The notes: generated by a model from the sequence alone, not told the origin. 64,000 nt of DNA from Bacillus sp. (in: firmicutes) (GCA_012842745.1 DUSF01000004.1:12818-76817), one strand, 5' to 3'; counted from the stretch's first letter, positions 27,993 to 37,465 are shown. Translations and numbers: made by a program.

Positions 27993-30584
27993 TTAATTGA
28001 TTCGTTCATACTTACTTTCTTCCATTACATTTGAAATTGTCTTAAGCTCTGCAACATCCAAAATAAAGTCTAAATCAAGTAAGATCACTAATCGTTCCCC
28101 TAAATTGCTTATACCACGAATAAACTTCTCTGCAATTTGGCTTGTATTGTCATCTGGCGGTGACTCGATTGTATCAGTACCTACCTTTAATACTTGGGTT
28201 ACTTGGTCAACTAATAAACCAATTAATTCATTTCCAAACTCTACAACAATGACCCTTGATTTCCTTGTTAATTCATGGTGATTAATCCCAAACCGTTCTC
28301 GCAAATCCATCACTGGCATTAATTTGCCGCGAAGATTAATCATACCGATTACTGAATATGGTGCATTCATAACTTTCGTTACCATTGGTACAGTGATAAT
28401 ATCCTTAACACGTCCAATTTCAATGCCGTATTCCTCAGAGCCAAGCTTAAATGTGGCTAATTGAATAGTTTCTTCTATCTGTCTCGTTTCCTTATCATCC
28501 ATAGCTTCATTCATTGCATTTTTAGACCCTTCTTCCCGAACAATCGCCCCCGTATCAAGAATTATCGCAACATTTCCATCACCCATAATCGTTGCTCCAG
28601 CAATATATTTCGGCGTTCCGATATATTTACCAAGCGGTTTAATCACAATTTCTTGATTACCTAATGTTTTATCGACTACTAAGCCAACACGCTTATCAGC
28701 AAGCCCTATGACAATGACAAAAATCCGCTTTGGATCGACAAGGTATTCTTCACTAACGCCTAAACGTCTATGCATTCTTACTAATGGGAGCACACGGTCG
28801 CGGACGACACCCACTTCTTGATTTTTTATTGTCTTAATCTCTTTTTTATGAAGGCGGACAATCTCCTGTACATTCACAAGAGGTATTGCAAATTGTTTAT
28901 TTCCTAATCTAACAAGAAGCGAACGGATAATCGCTAATGTTAATGGCAACTTAATTGTAAAAGTTGTGCCCTTGCCAAGCTCTGAGTCAATATTAACAAT
29001 GCCATTTAGTTTTTCGATATGACTGCGGACAATATCCATGCCGACACCGCGACCGGAAAGATCAGTAACCGTTCCTGCTGTTGAAACACCTGATCGGAAT
29101 ATTAAGAAGATTAAGTCTTTATCTGTCATCCGCTCGGCTTCTTCCTCGGTTACAAGCCCTTTTTTAATAGCAGAGGCTTTTATTTTTTTCGGGTCAATAC
29201 CGCCCCCATTGTCTGAGATGGTAATAACAATATGGTTTTCCTCATGTGAAGCTTTTAACAAAACCTGACCTTTCTTTGGCTTCCCAACAGCTTCACGCTC
29301 ATTAGGCCCCTCTATACCATGATCAATCGCATTGCGGAGCAAATGGATAATCGGATCGCCAATTTCCTCAATCAGATTACGGTCAAGCTCCGTTTCTTTT
29401 CCTTCAATGATAAACTCAATTTCCTTGTTCGCCTTTTGCGATAAATCTCTTACCATCCGCGGAAAACGATTAAATAGTTGTTCAATTGGCAGCATCCTTG
29501 TTTTCATCATTCCTTCTTGCAGTTCACTAATAACTTGACCTAGATGGTTGCCAACCTCAACGAACGACTCGACATCTTCATCATTGGCATAGCGATCTTC
29601 AAGACGCTTACGAACTTCTGCTAATCGGGTTTGGTCAATGACAAGTTCCCCAACTAGATTCATTAAATGCTCCAATCTTTCAACATCGACTCGAACAGTT
29701 TGTTTTACTTTCATGTCAACTTTTGGAATGTTAAGAGCGGTTTCTTTTTGCTTAACTTCACTAAACTCCATTTTGCTTCCAGTTGTAAATTTACCTAGAT
29801 TGCTTTTTGTTAGTTTTGTTAAATTGATGGAACGAATATCTGAAATGCTATTAATAATTTGAAAGGCTTCCTGTTCTGTTGCATTAGTGACTAAACAACA
29901 GACTACATTGCCTTCAAATTTAGCATCATCTTCGATGATTTCCTGTGATGGAAAAGTAGCGATAATCTCACCGATTTCTTTTAAATTGTTTTGAATTAAA
30001 AACGCTCTTACAGATTTCAACATCGCATCTTGCCTTAAGCTGACATAAGCTGAAATGACTTGATACCCTGCTTCAAGTGCCTTTTCAACCATCTCTTTTT
30101 GAGTATCATCAAAAATCACTTCGGGATAGACAACATTATCATTTACATTCGAAATTTCTTTTTGTTTAGCGGTTTCCGTTTCCTCAACATTAACGGCTGC
30201 ATCTTTTATTTTTTCTAGCTTTTCAATTAATGGTTTAATCTTAATTTTCTCGATTGTTCTATTCAAAATAGCTTCTTTCATAACTTTAATAAAATCAATC
30301 GCCTCAAAAATCGCGTTAATAATATCTGTATTAACCTTAAGCTGGTGATTGCGAATGAAATCAAAGATGTTTTCGACTTTATGGGTCAGCTCTTTCATTT
30401 TGTCAAAGCCCATTGCTGCTGATGATCCTTTTAATGTATGAGCAGCCCTGAAAATGCGCTGGATTGTATCTTCGTTTTCTCCATCATGTTCTAAATTCAA
30501 TACCTCTTCATCCAATATTTGCAGCTGTTCATCAACCTCATCTAAAAACACACCAAGATAAGCTGATACATCGAATTCACTCAT
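27993..30584 (-). CDS. cheA: CheA histidine kinase with an extra C-terminal CheW-like domain; no receiver domain
   Basis: Hpt FRAAHTLKGSSAAMGF (His49), P3 VRVDVERLEHLMNLVGELVI, N-box HLLRNAIDHGIE, G1 DNGGGID, G2 GRGVGMD and P5. A second CheW-like domain follows (LATFKLGSEEYGIEIGRVKDI...INLRGKLMPVMDLRERFG). Confidence 0.9.
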   Translation of the reverse strand: MSEFDVSAYLGVFLDEVDEQLQILDEEVLNLEHDGENEDTIQRIFRAAHTLKGSSAAMGFDKMKELTHKVENIFDFIRNHQLKVNTDIINAIFEAIDFIKVMKEAILNRTIEKIKIKPLIEKLEKIKDAAVNVEETETAKQKEISNVNDNVVYPEVIFDDTQKEMVEKALEAGYQVISAYVSLRQDAMLKSVRAFLIQNNLKEIGEIIATFPSQEIIEDDAKFEGNVVCCLVTNATEQEAFQIINSISDIRSINLTKLTKSNLGKFTTGSKMEFSEVKQKETALNIPKVDMKVKQTVRVDVERLEHLMNLVGELVIDQTRLAEVRKRLEDRYANDEDVESFVEVGNHLGQVISELQEGMMKTRMLPIEQLFNRFPRMVRDLSQKANKEIEFIIEGKETELDRNLIEEIGDPIIHLLRNAIDHGIEGPNEREAVGKPKKGQVLLKASHEENHIVITISDNGGGIDPKKIKASAIKKGLVTEEEAERMTDKDLIFLIFRSGVSTAGTVTDLSGRGVGMDIVRSHIEKLNGIVNIDSELGKGTTFTIKLPLTLAIIRSLLVRLGNKQFAIPLVNVQEIVRLHKKEIKTIKNQEVGVVRDRVLPLVRMHRRLGVSEEYLVDPKRIFVIVIGLADKRVGLVVDKTLGNQEIVIKPLGKYIGTPKYIAGATIMGDGNVAIILDTGAIVREEGSKNAMNEAMDDKETRQIEETIQLATFKLGSEEYGIEIGRVKDIITVPMVTKVMNAPYSVIGMINLRGKLMPVMDLRERFGINHHELTRKSRVIVVEFGNELIGLLVDQVTQVLKVGTDTIESPPDDNTSQIAEKFIRGISNLGERLVILLDLDFILDVAELKTISNVMEESKYERIN

Positions 30585-31047
30585 CTAAAGCGACCCCCTT
30601 TTCAAATTCAGGGTATAGCACTTTATGTTTATTTAAAATCCCAATTAATTTGTCTCCTACTTTCGCAAAACCTTTAAAGCAATCTTTTTCAATTGAGTTA
30701 AAGATATCAAGAGTTGGTTCTAAATTTGCCTCTTCGACATAGGTAACCATCACTACCTCATCAACAATTAACCCGATATCCTCTCCGTCATTTTCAATAA
30801 TGACAATCCGTGTTTTTTTAGTAAACGGAGCAGGCTTAATATGATATCGCTTGCGAAGATGAACGACAGGAATAATCTTGCCTCGTAAATTAATCATTCC
30901 AGAAATATAATCCTTAATGCCAGGAACTCCCGTAATCGTTTGTACACGAATAATTTCTACTACTTCTTCAATGGCAAGAGCACAAAGCTGATGATTAATA
31001 GAAAAAACAACATATTGACCAGCTTGCGAGCTAACAGCTGTATCCAT
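30577..31047 (-). CDS. cheW: CheW coupling protein
   Basis: 156 aa with YVVFSINHQLCALAIEEVVEI...INLRGKIIPVVHLRKRY. It overlaps the cheA start by 8 nt. Confidence 0.9.
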   Translation of the reverse strand: MDTAVSSQAGQYVVFSINHQLCALAIEEVVEIIRVQTITGVPGIKDYISGMINLRGKIIPVVHLRKRYHIKPAPFTKKTRIVIIENDGEDIGLIVDEVVMVTYVEEANLEPTLDIFNSIEKDCFKGFAKVGDKLIGILNKHKVLYPEFEKGVALDE

Positions 31048-31203
31048 GCTATCACCTCCAAATATAGTTCGCCATTTTTCAACAAAACGCCCTATAATTT
31101 AGTATAAAATGTAAATTCATGCATAACCATTGCCTAGCATTCCTATTTTTATCTGTTTTCTTCACTTATATTTAGCAAAAGTAGGAAGGGTTTCCTATTT
31201 ACA

Positions 31204-31242
31204 ACAAAAATCGACTTCTGCTTAAAATGCCAGAAGTCGATT
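31204..31242 (-). terminator. Rho-independent terminator after the LuxR-type gene
   Basis: The minus strand reads AATCGACTTCTG-10 nt loop-CAGAAGTCGATT (12-bp stem) followed by TTTTTG. Confidence 0.8.
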
Positions 31243-31247
31243 TCATT

Positions 31248-32933
31248 TCAGACTTTATTATTCAATTCATAAAACGCTACAATAATTTGGGTTCGATCAT
31301 GAAATCCCAATTTATTCAAAATATTTGAAATATGGTTTTTGACTGTGTGTGTACTAATATACAATTCACCCCCAATTTCTTTATTGCTCATCCCTTTAAC
31401 AATGAGCTTTACTACATCTAACTCTCTTGCTGTCAAATGATCAACTAACGACTTGGAATGAAACATCTCCTTATTTGGTACTCGTGTGATTATTTTTTTA
31501 TATTGCAATTGTTTATGCCAAGGTTTAAGAGCTATTCCACAAATGACTGCTAAGCTCTTCATATATACTTCTGCTTCCTTAAGATCATTTGGATAGCGCA
31601 AAGAAACGATTATAATTGCAAAAAGCATTTCATCAATATAAATTGGGCATTCAAGAATGACAGTATCATATTTTTCGATTACTCGTGCTCGGTGAAATGC
31701 CCCCATTGATTCTATATTAAAGTATTGATCACGTTGATTATTAGCATGATCGTAGATTGTTTTATCGTCTACCTTTTTCGTTATATTTAAATATTCATAG
31801 TCTCCATATCTTGTAATAATCGTTGTAAAGTGGCTTGGTATAAGGGAATTCGTTATATTAGCAATCATTAATAGCATATCTTGAAGGTTTTCGATTGTTG
31901 TTATCGACTTAAACGTTCCCATCAGTACCGATAATTTCATTAAGTGCAAATCCATATGGGATTCAACTGAAGCTTTTTTTATTCCCAATTCAATGATAGA
32001 TGCTAAAATCTGAATTCTTTTGAGAACGCTTTGGTCTTTATTGCTTTCTGTTGTATTCCCACCAAAAATAAAACCTATCACCTCTTCATTTCTAATAACT
32101 GGATAACAAAAAAAGGAACCTGTTTTAACCCCATTTTTCATTAAAAATGATAATCTTGGATCAAAACCAATTTTACCTAAATACTCAAACCTTCGACTTG
32201 CTGCAATGTCTTCAAAAAATGTTCCGCTAATGACAAAGTTTGATCCGACAATACTTTCCTCATTTGCTCCTATATATGATTTGATTTCAACAGTACCCGC
32301 TATTAACGAAGCAATTCCTACATAATCAAAATGATGCTGTTTTTTCAATATTTCCAGCATTTCATAGTATTGGATGTTTGCTGTTTTTATAGTCTTTACA
32401 ATTTGCTCTAATTCAAGGAAATGTTCATCTTCATATCCGCTTTTTATCAACTCAATACAAACAGTTGCCATCATATACAACTGTTCCTTTTTTTGTTGAA
32501 GTTGACTGTTTGAAAGGATTGGTAGTTGAAATATAGAATCATTTCGCTCGATATTATGTATAGCCGAGCCCATACCCGTTTTTATATAGTCTGAAATGCC
32601 TTCTTCAATATAAGACCAACACCAAATATAGCTTTTTATTTTATCATCGATAATAATAGGCACCAATAAGGCCTTTACGCCATAATGGCTTGGGCATTCT
32701 ATTGGGTTAATGACAACACAAGTAGTGATGGAGTTATATTTGGCAATTATTTTTTTTAATTGATTTAAGAAAGGCAAATCAGCTTGATAAACAAGAAATT
32801 CAACAAATGAAGAAATTCCTGAAATATTTGTTATCGGATTGCCTTCATTGTCTGTCATATAGAGGGTCATCTTCATATTTTCGGCATATATATCTTGAAT
32901 ATTTTGGAGCAGTATTTTCGTATTACTTTTCAT
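31248..32933 (-). CDS. LuxR/GerE-type HTH regulator with ~490-aa N-terminal sensor region and no receiver domain
   Basis: C-terminal LTARELDVVKLIVKGMSNKEIGGELYISTHTVKNHISNILNKLG. The N-terminal region looks like GAF/PocR-type ligand-binding folds, but that assignment is uncertain. Confidence 0.75.
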   Translation of the reverse strand: MKSNTKILLQNIQDIYAENMKMTLYMTDNEGNPITNISGISSFVEFLVYQADLPFLNQLKKIIAKYNSITTCVVINPIECPSHYGVKALLVPIIIDDKIKSYIWCWSYIEEGISDYIKTGMGSAIHNIERNDSIFQLPILSNSQLQQKKEQLYMMATVCIELIKSGYEDEHFLELEQIVKTIKTANIQYYEMLEILKKQHHFDYVGIASLIAGTVEIKSYIGANEESIVGSNFVISGTFFEDIAASRRFEYLGKIGFDPRLSFLMKNGVKTGSFFCYPVIRNEEVIGFIFGGNTTESNKDQSVLKRIQILASIIELGIKKASVESHMDLHLMKLSVLMGTFKSITTIENLQDMLLMIANITNSLIPSHFTTIITRYGDYEYLNITKKVDDKTIYDHANNQRDQYFNIESMGAFHRARVIEKYDTVILECPIYIDEMLFAIIIVSLRYPNDLKEAEVYMKSLAVICGIALKPWHKQLQYKKIITRVPNKEMFHSKSLVDHLTARELDVVKLIVKGMSNKEIGGELYISTHTVKNHISNILNKLGFHDRTQIIVAFYELNNKV

Positions 32934-33120
32934 AATCTTCCCCCCTTTGGCAAAATTGGTAAAACTATATTTATACTACCAAAAATTTTGTTTGGAAAGG
33001 CGATGAAATTATGGAATCACTATGATAATTACAATAGTAAAAGTTAAAACCCTGTACTGCATCCAGAAAATAGAGGCCGACCCTTTTGTTGAGCCTGCCC
33101 CTATTTATTTATTTTTAAGT

Positions 33121-33462
33121 TTATACTACTTTCCTTCTTGTTTTGGCAAATATTTTTTGTACATATTTTTGAGCGTATTGCTCCTTGGAAAACACTTGTA
33201 CAATTGAATCAAACTGAACCATCTCAAATATCTTCTTCATTGATGCTTGATTATTTATAATAACAAGTTCCTTATCCATCCCTTGAGCTTCTTTGGCTGC
33301 TTTTGCAATAATACCTAATGCTTGTTCATTCATATACGATACGTTTTCAAGATTTAGAATGATACCATCTATATTCATTACAAGAAGTTTCTCGATTGAA
33401 GCCTTGAAGTTTTCGATGTTGTCGAGCGTAAGATTATTATTCCATACAAGTGTTTGAATCAA
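33121..33462 (-). CDS. STAS-domain protein with Glu at the phospho-site position
   Basis: 113 aa. LENVSYMNEQALGII aligns with the STAS phospho-loop, and Glu46 replaces the Ser. TTG start with AAGGGAG 8 nt upstream. Confidence 0.75.
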   Translation of the reverse strand: MIQTLVWNNNLTLDNIENFKASIEKLLVMNIDGIILNLENVSYMNEQALGIIAKAAKEAQGMDKELVIINNQASMKKIFEMVQFDSIVQVFSKEQYAQKYVQKIFAKTRRKVV

Positions 33463-33621
33463 CTAAATTACTCCCTTCTGCTGTTACTTGGTACTATACT
33501 AATTATTCATACATTCCTATGTACTGACCACCCCCATCTCGTCGTATTATTCAGACAATAAAAGACAGCATCCTTTTTTTCTGTCGAATAATGTTTTAAA
33601 AGAGCGAACGAGTTAAAGCGC

Positions 33622-33651
33622 TTGTAATTTTTACTAAGATTAAGATATAGT
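33622..33651 (+). promoter_or_regulatory. Candidate sigma-A promoter of the rib operon
   Basis: TTGTAA-18 nt-TATAGT, located ~15 nt upstream of the FMN riboswitch P1. Confidence 0.35.
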
Positions 33652-33664
33652 ATAAGAAACTGAA

Positions 33665-33800
33665 TATGTTTCTTCGGGGTCGGGTGAAATTCCCAATCGG
33701 CGGTGATGTAGTAATGACTAATAAGCCCGCGAGCCTTATATGGCAGGAGCTGGTGTGAATCCAGGGCCGACAGTTATAGTCTGGATGGGAGAAGAAAATG
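33665..33800 (+). promoter_or_regulatory. FMN riboswitch (RFN element)
   Basis: TTCTTCGGGGTCGGGTGAAATTCCCAATCGGCGGT...AGCCCGCGAGC...GGTGTGAATCC...GCCGACAGTTATAGTCTGGATGGGAGAAGA matches the RFN consensus almost position by position. It lies directly upstream of ribD. Confidence 0.95.
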
Positions 33801-33872
33801 CGGTGCAAAAGGTTCAATTTTTTTGAACTTTAATTTTGCTGTTCTTTATTTTGCATTTACATCGTTTCTTTC

Positions 33873-33903
33873 AAGACCCTCGGAATTTTCCTAGGGTCTT
33901 TTA
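33873..33903 (+). terminator. Riboswitch expression-platform terminator
   Basis: AAGACCCT-11 nt loop-AGGGTCTT followed by TTTA, between the aptamer and ribD. Confidence 0.6.
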
Positions 33904-33934
33904 CACGTACTTCTAGATGAAAAAAGGTGATAGG

Positions 33935-35035
33935 ATGACTGACCATGATTATATGAAACTGGCCATTGAACTTGCTGCGAAAACAGAGGGGCAAACAAGC
34001 CCAAATCCAGTCGTTGGTGCTGTTGTAGTAAAAGACAACCAAATTGTTGGAATGGGGGCTCACTTAAAAGCTGGAGAAGCCCATGCTGAGGTTCACGCGA
34101 TTAGGATGGCAGGTGATCAAGCGGCAGGTGCAACGATTTATGTAACATTAGAGCCTTGTAGTCATTTTGGACGAACACCGCCATGCACTGACCTTTTAAT
34201 AAATAGTCAAGTGAGGCGGGTTGTTATCGCCTCAACTGACCCAAATCCACTTGTGGCAGGAAAAGGGATTGAAAAGCTGCGGAATGCTGGAATTGAAGTT
34301 GAAGTGGGGCTTTTACGTGAAGAAGCTGATGCGCTTAATAAAGTTTTCTTTCATTACATAGCAACTGGAATGCCCTTTGTAACTTTAAAATCAGCGACTA
34401 GCCTTGATGGAAAAATTGCTACAGTAGCTGGTGAAAGCAAATGGATTACTAGTGAGGAGTCGCGCTTAGATGTTCATCAATATCGCCATCGCCATGATGG
34501 AATTTTAGTTGGTGTAAATACAGTTTTGAAGGACAATCCTGAGCTAACAACGAGACTGCCTTTAGGCGGTAAAAATCCGATTCGTATCATCCTTGATACG
34601 AATTTACGAACACCTTTAGAGGCTAAAATCGTAAATGATCAATGTGCGCCTACATGGATTATTGTTGGTATACATGCTCCAGACGAAAAAATTATGGCGA
34701 TGAAAGAAAAAAACGTCGATATTATTACAATACCAACTGAAACGCTTGGAATTCGTGATGTTCTTAAAGCATTAGGCGAAAAGGGAATCACCTCTTTATT
34801 TGTTGAAGGCGGGGCCCAAATTAATGGAAGTTTTTTAATGGAAAAAGCTATTAACGAAGTCATTACCTATATAGCTCCGAAAATCATCGGTGGAAGAAGT
34901 GCCCCAACAGCAATTGGCGGTGCAGGCTTTGAAAAAATAAATGAAGTTGTTGGGCTGCGAATTAAATCGGTAGAAAAAATCGGCCCAGATATAAAAATTA
35001 TCGCAGCGTTATCTAGCACTGGATGGGAGGGATAA
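33935..35035 (+). CDS. ribD: Bifunctional riboflavin deaminase/reductase
   Basis: Deaminase zinc motif HAEVHAI...LEPCSHFGRTPPC plus the C-terminal reductase domain. Start moved to Met7. Confidence 0.95.
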   Translation: MTDHDYMKLAIELAAKTEGQTSPNPVVGAVVVKDNQIVGMGAHLKAGEAHAEVHAIRMAGDQAAGATIYVTLEPCSHFGRTPPCTDLLINSQVRRVVIASTDPNPLVAGKGIEKLRNAGIEVEVGLLREEADALNKVFFHYIATGMPFVTLKSATSLDGKIATVAGESKWITSEESRLDVHQYRHRHDGILVGVNTVLKDNPELTTRLPLGGKNPIRIILDTNLRTPLEAKIVNDQCAPTWIIVGIHAPDEKIMAMKEKNVDIITIPTETLGIRDVLKALGEKGITSLFVEGGAQINGSFLMEKAINEVITYIAPKIIGGRSAPTAIGGAGFEKINEVVGLRIKSVEKIGPDIKIIAALSSTGWEG

Positions 35036-35038
35036 AAT

Positions 35039-35689
35039 TTGTTTACAGGCATTGTTGAAGAAAAGGGAACAATAAAAGCAATTACGACATCTGGGGACGC
35101 AATCAAAATGTCAATACATGCTCCGAAGATTTTAGAGGATGTCCATTCAGGTGATAGCATTGCTGTGAACGGTGTTTGTCTTACTGTGACAACATTCGAC
35201 AAAAATACATTTTCTGTCGATATTATGCCAGAAACTGTTAAAGCTACTTCATTACGTAATTTGACTAGTGGTGCAAAGGTCAATCTTGAAAGAGCAATGG
35301 CAGCAAACGGAAGATTTGGCGGCCACTTTGTTACAGGGCATGTCGATGGCATTGGCACGATTATAAAAAAGAATCCGGTAGCTAATGCGGTTTATTATGA
35401 AATTGAAGTAAATGAAGATTTATTGCATTATATGCTGTTGAAAGGCTCAGTTACTGTTGACGGTACAAGCCTAACAATATTCGGCTTAAGCGAAAATTCA
35501 TTTACGATATCACTTATTCCTCACACGCTATCAGAAACGATTCTTGGCGAAAAATCAGCAGGTGATATCGTTAATATAGAATGCGATATGTTAGGAAAAT
35601 ATATTGAAAAATTTTTAACAGGAGACAGGGCAAAGGAAACTAGTAACACGATTACCGAATCCTTTCTAGAAGAGAACGGATTTAAGTAA
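35039..35689 (+). CDS. ribE: Riboflavin synthase alpha chain
   Basis: TTG start giving MFTGIVEEKGTI, and an internal duplicate with GDSIAVNGVCLTV / GSVTVDGTSLTI. Confidence 0.95.
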   Translation: MFTGIVEEKGTIKAITTSGDAIKMSIHAPKILEDVHSGDSIAVNGVCLTVTTFDKNTFSVDIMPETVKATSLRNLTSGAKVNLERAMAANGRFGGHFVTGHVDGIGTIIKKNPVANAVYYEIEVNEDLLHYMLLKGSVTVDGTSLTIFGLSENSFTISLIPHTLSETILGEKSAGDIVNIECDMLGKYIEKFLTGDRAKETSNTITESFLEENGFK

Positions 35690-35707
35690 AATGGGAGGAT
35701 GAAAAAG

Positions 35708-36901
35708 ATGTTTGATCCTATCGAAGAAGCGATATATGAGCTTATGAGAGGAAATATCGTCATTGTATGTGATGATGAAGACCGCGAAAATGAAGGTGAT
35801 TTCGTTGCCTTAGCTTCCAAAACAACGCCAGATGTTATTAACTTCATGATTAAGCATGGACGTGGACTCGTCTGTGCGCCAATTTCCGAAGAAATTGCCC
35901 GAAATCTAAATTTAGTGCCAATGGTAAACCGTAATACAGACCCACATGGAACTGCTTTTACCGTTAGCGTTGACTATAAAACATCAACAACTGGGATTAG
36001 CGCCTTTGAACGAGCAAAAACTGTCCAACAATTAATGAATCCGAATTCAAAAGCAGCTGATTTCAAAAGGCCAGGACATATTTTCCCCTTAGTAGCAAAA
36101 GAAGGTGGCGTTTTAAGAAGAGCTGGTCATACGGAAGCAGCTGTTGACTTAGCAAAGCTTTGTGGCGAAGCTCCTGCTGGGGTAATATGCGAAATTATTA
36201 AGGAAGACGGCACAATGGCTAGGGTGCCTGATTTACGCAAGCTTGCCGATGAATTCGAATTAAAAATGATTACGATTAAAGACTTAATTAAGTATCGCAA
36301 CAGAAAAGAGCGATTGGTTACCCGGGAAATTGAAATTAATTTACCTACCGATTTTGGGGAATTCAAAGCTTATGGCTATTCAAATATTGTCGATTCAAAA
36401 GAGCATATCGCCCTTGTAAAAGGTGAAATAGACGGTGATGAGCCAGTGCTAGTCCGCGTTCACTCTGAATGCTTAACAGGCGATGTCTTCGGCTCACATC
36501 GATGTGACTGCGGGCCACAGCTCCATGCCGCTCTAAAGCAAATTGAAGAAGCAGGAAAAGGTGTTCTTCTTTATATGCGCCAAGAGGGTAGGGGAATAGG
36601 CTTACTAAATAAACTGCGTGCCTATAAATTACAGGAAGAAGGCTATGATACTGTTGAAGCTAATGAAAAGCTTGGGTTCGCACCAGACTTGCGTGACTAC
36701 GGAATTGGCGCGCAAATTTTAAAGGATTTAGGCATCAAAAACATGCTTCTTTTAACAAACAATCCAAGAAAAATTGCTGGCTTAGAAGGATATGATTTAA
36801 AAATTGTCGAGCGTGTGCCTTTGCAAATGCCAGCAAATAAAGATAATGAAAAATACTTAAAAACGAAACATGACAAATTAGGACATATGTTAAATCTTTA
36901 A
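35708..36901 (+). CDS. ribBA: Bifunctional DHBP synthase / GTP cyclohydrolase II
   Basis: [10 protein letters not shown] and [12 protein letters not shown] (RibB half). [22 protein letters not shown] (RibA half). Start moved to Met4 (GGGAGGA SD). Confidence 0.95.
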   Translation: MFDPIEEAIYELMRGNIVIVCDDEDRENEGDFVALASKTTPDVINFMIKHGRGLVCAPISEEIARNLNLVPMVNRNTDPHGTAFTVSVDYKTSTTGISAFERAKTVQQLMNPNSKAADFKRPGHIFPLVAKEGGVLRRAGHTEAAVDLAKLCGEAPAGVICEIIKEDGTMARVPDLRKLADEFELKMITIKDLIKYRNRKERLVTREIEINLPTDFGEFKAYGYSNIVDSKEHIALVKGEIDGDEPVLVRVHSECLTGDVFGSHRCDCGPQLHAALKQIEEAGKGVLLYMRQEGRGIGLLNKLRAYKLQEEGYDTVEANEKLGFAPDLRDYGIGAQILKDLGIKNMLLLTNNPRKIAGLEGYDLKIVERVPLQMPANKDNEKYLKTKHDKLGHMLNL

Positions 36902-36924
36902 TATCACAAGGAGGTTTCATATTT

Positions 36925-37392
36925 ATGGGGAAAATTTTTGAAGGTAATTTAGTAGGGGCAGGATTAAAAATCGGAATTGTCGTCTCACGTTTCAACGAAT
37001 TCATTACAGGAAAACTATTATCTGGTGCAGAAGATGCCCTAAAAAGACATGGTGTAGAAGAAGATTATGTTGACGTTGCTTGGGTACCAGGTGCATTTGA
37101 ACTGCCGTTTGTTGCAAAAAAAATGGCCGAGTCTGGGAATTATGATGCTGTCATTACATTAGGAACGGTCATTCGCGGTGCAACAACGCATTATGACTAC
37201 GTCTGTAACGAGGCGGCTAAAGGGGTTGCTCAAGCTGGGATGATTTCAGGAGTCCCCGTTATTTTCGGGGTAGTTACAACAGAAAATATTGAGCAAGCAA
37301 TTGAAAGAGCTGGCACAAAAGCTGGCAATAAAGGCTGGGATTCAGCAGTATCAGCGATTGAAATGGCTAATTTAATGAAGAATTTTTCTTAG
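36925..37392 (+). CDS. ribH: 6,7-dimethyl-8-ribityllumazine synthase
   Basis: 155 aa with [10 protein letters not shown]...VPGAFELP...[15 protein letters not shown]. Confidence 0.95.
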   Translation: MGKIFEGNLVGAGLKIGIVVSRFNEFITGKLLSGAEDALKRHGVEEDYVDVAWVPGAFELPFVAKKMAESGNYDAVITLGTVIRGATTHYDYVCNEAAKGVAQAGMISGVPVIFGVVTTENIEQAIERAGTKAGNKGWDSAVSAIEMANLMKNFS

Positions 37393-37404
37393 ATTGATTT
37401 CAAT

Positions 37405-37437
37405 GATGGCGGCAAATTTTGCCGCCATTTCTTTTTT
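37405..37437. terminator. Terminator after ribH (shared with convergent queF)
   Basis: GATGGCGGC-AAATTTT-GCCGCCAT followed by TTCTTTTTTC. Confidence 0.85.
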
Positions 37438-37465
37438 CTATACGACTTTAAATTCCAGTAGCCGA

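Noticed and set aside
33596-34063. Minus-strand ORFs 33596-33817 and 33857-34063.
   Set aside because: They overlap the FMN riboswitch, its terminator and the start of ribD. They have no SD, and the RFN element explains the conservation-like GC content.
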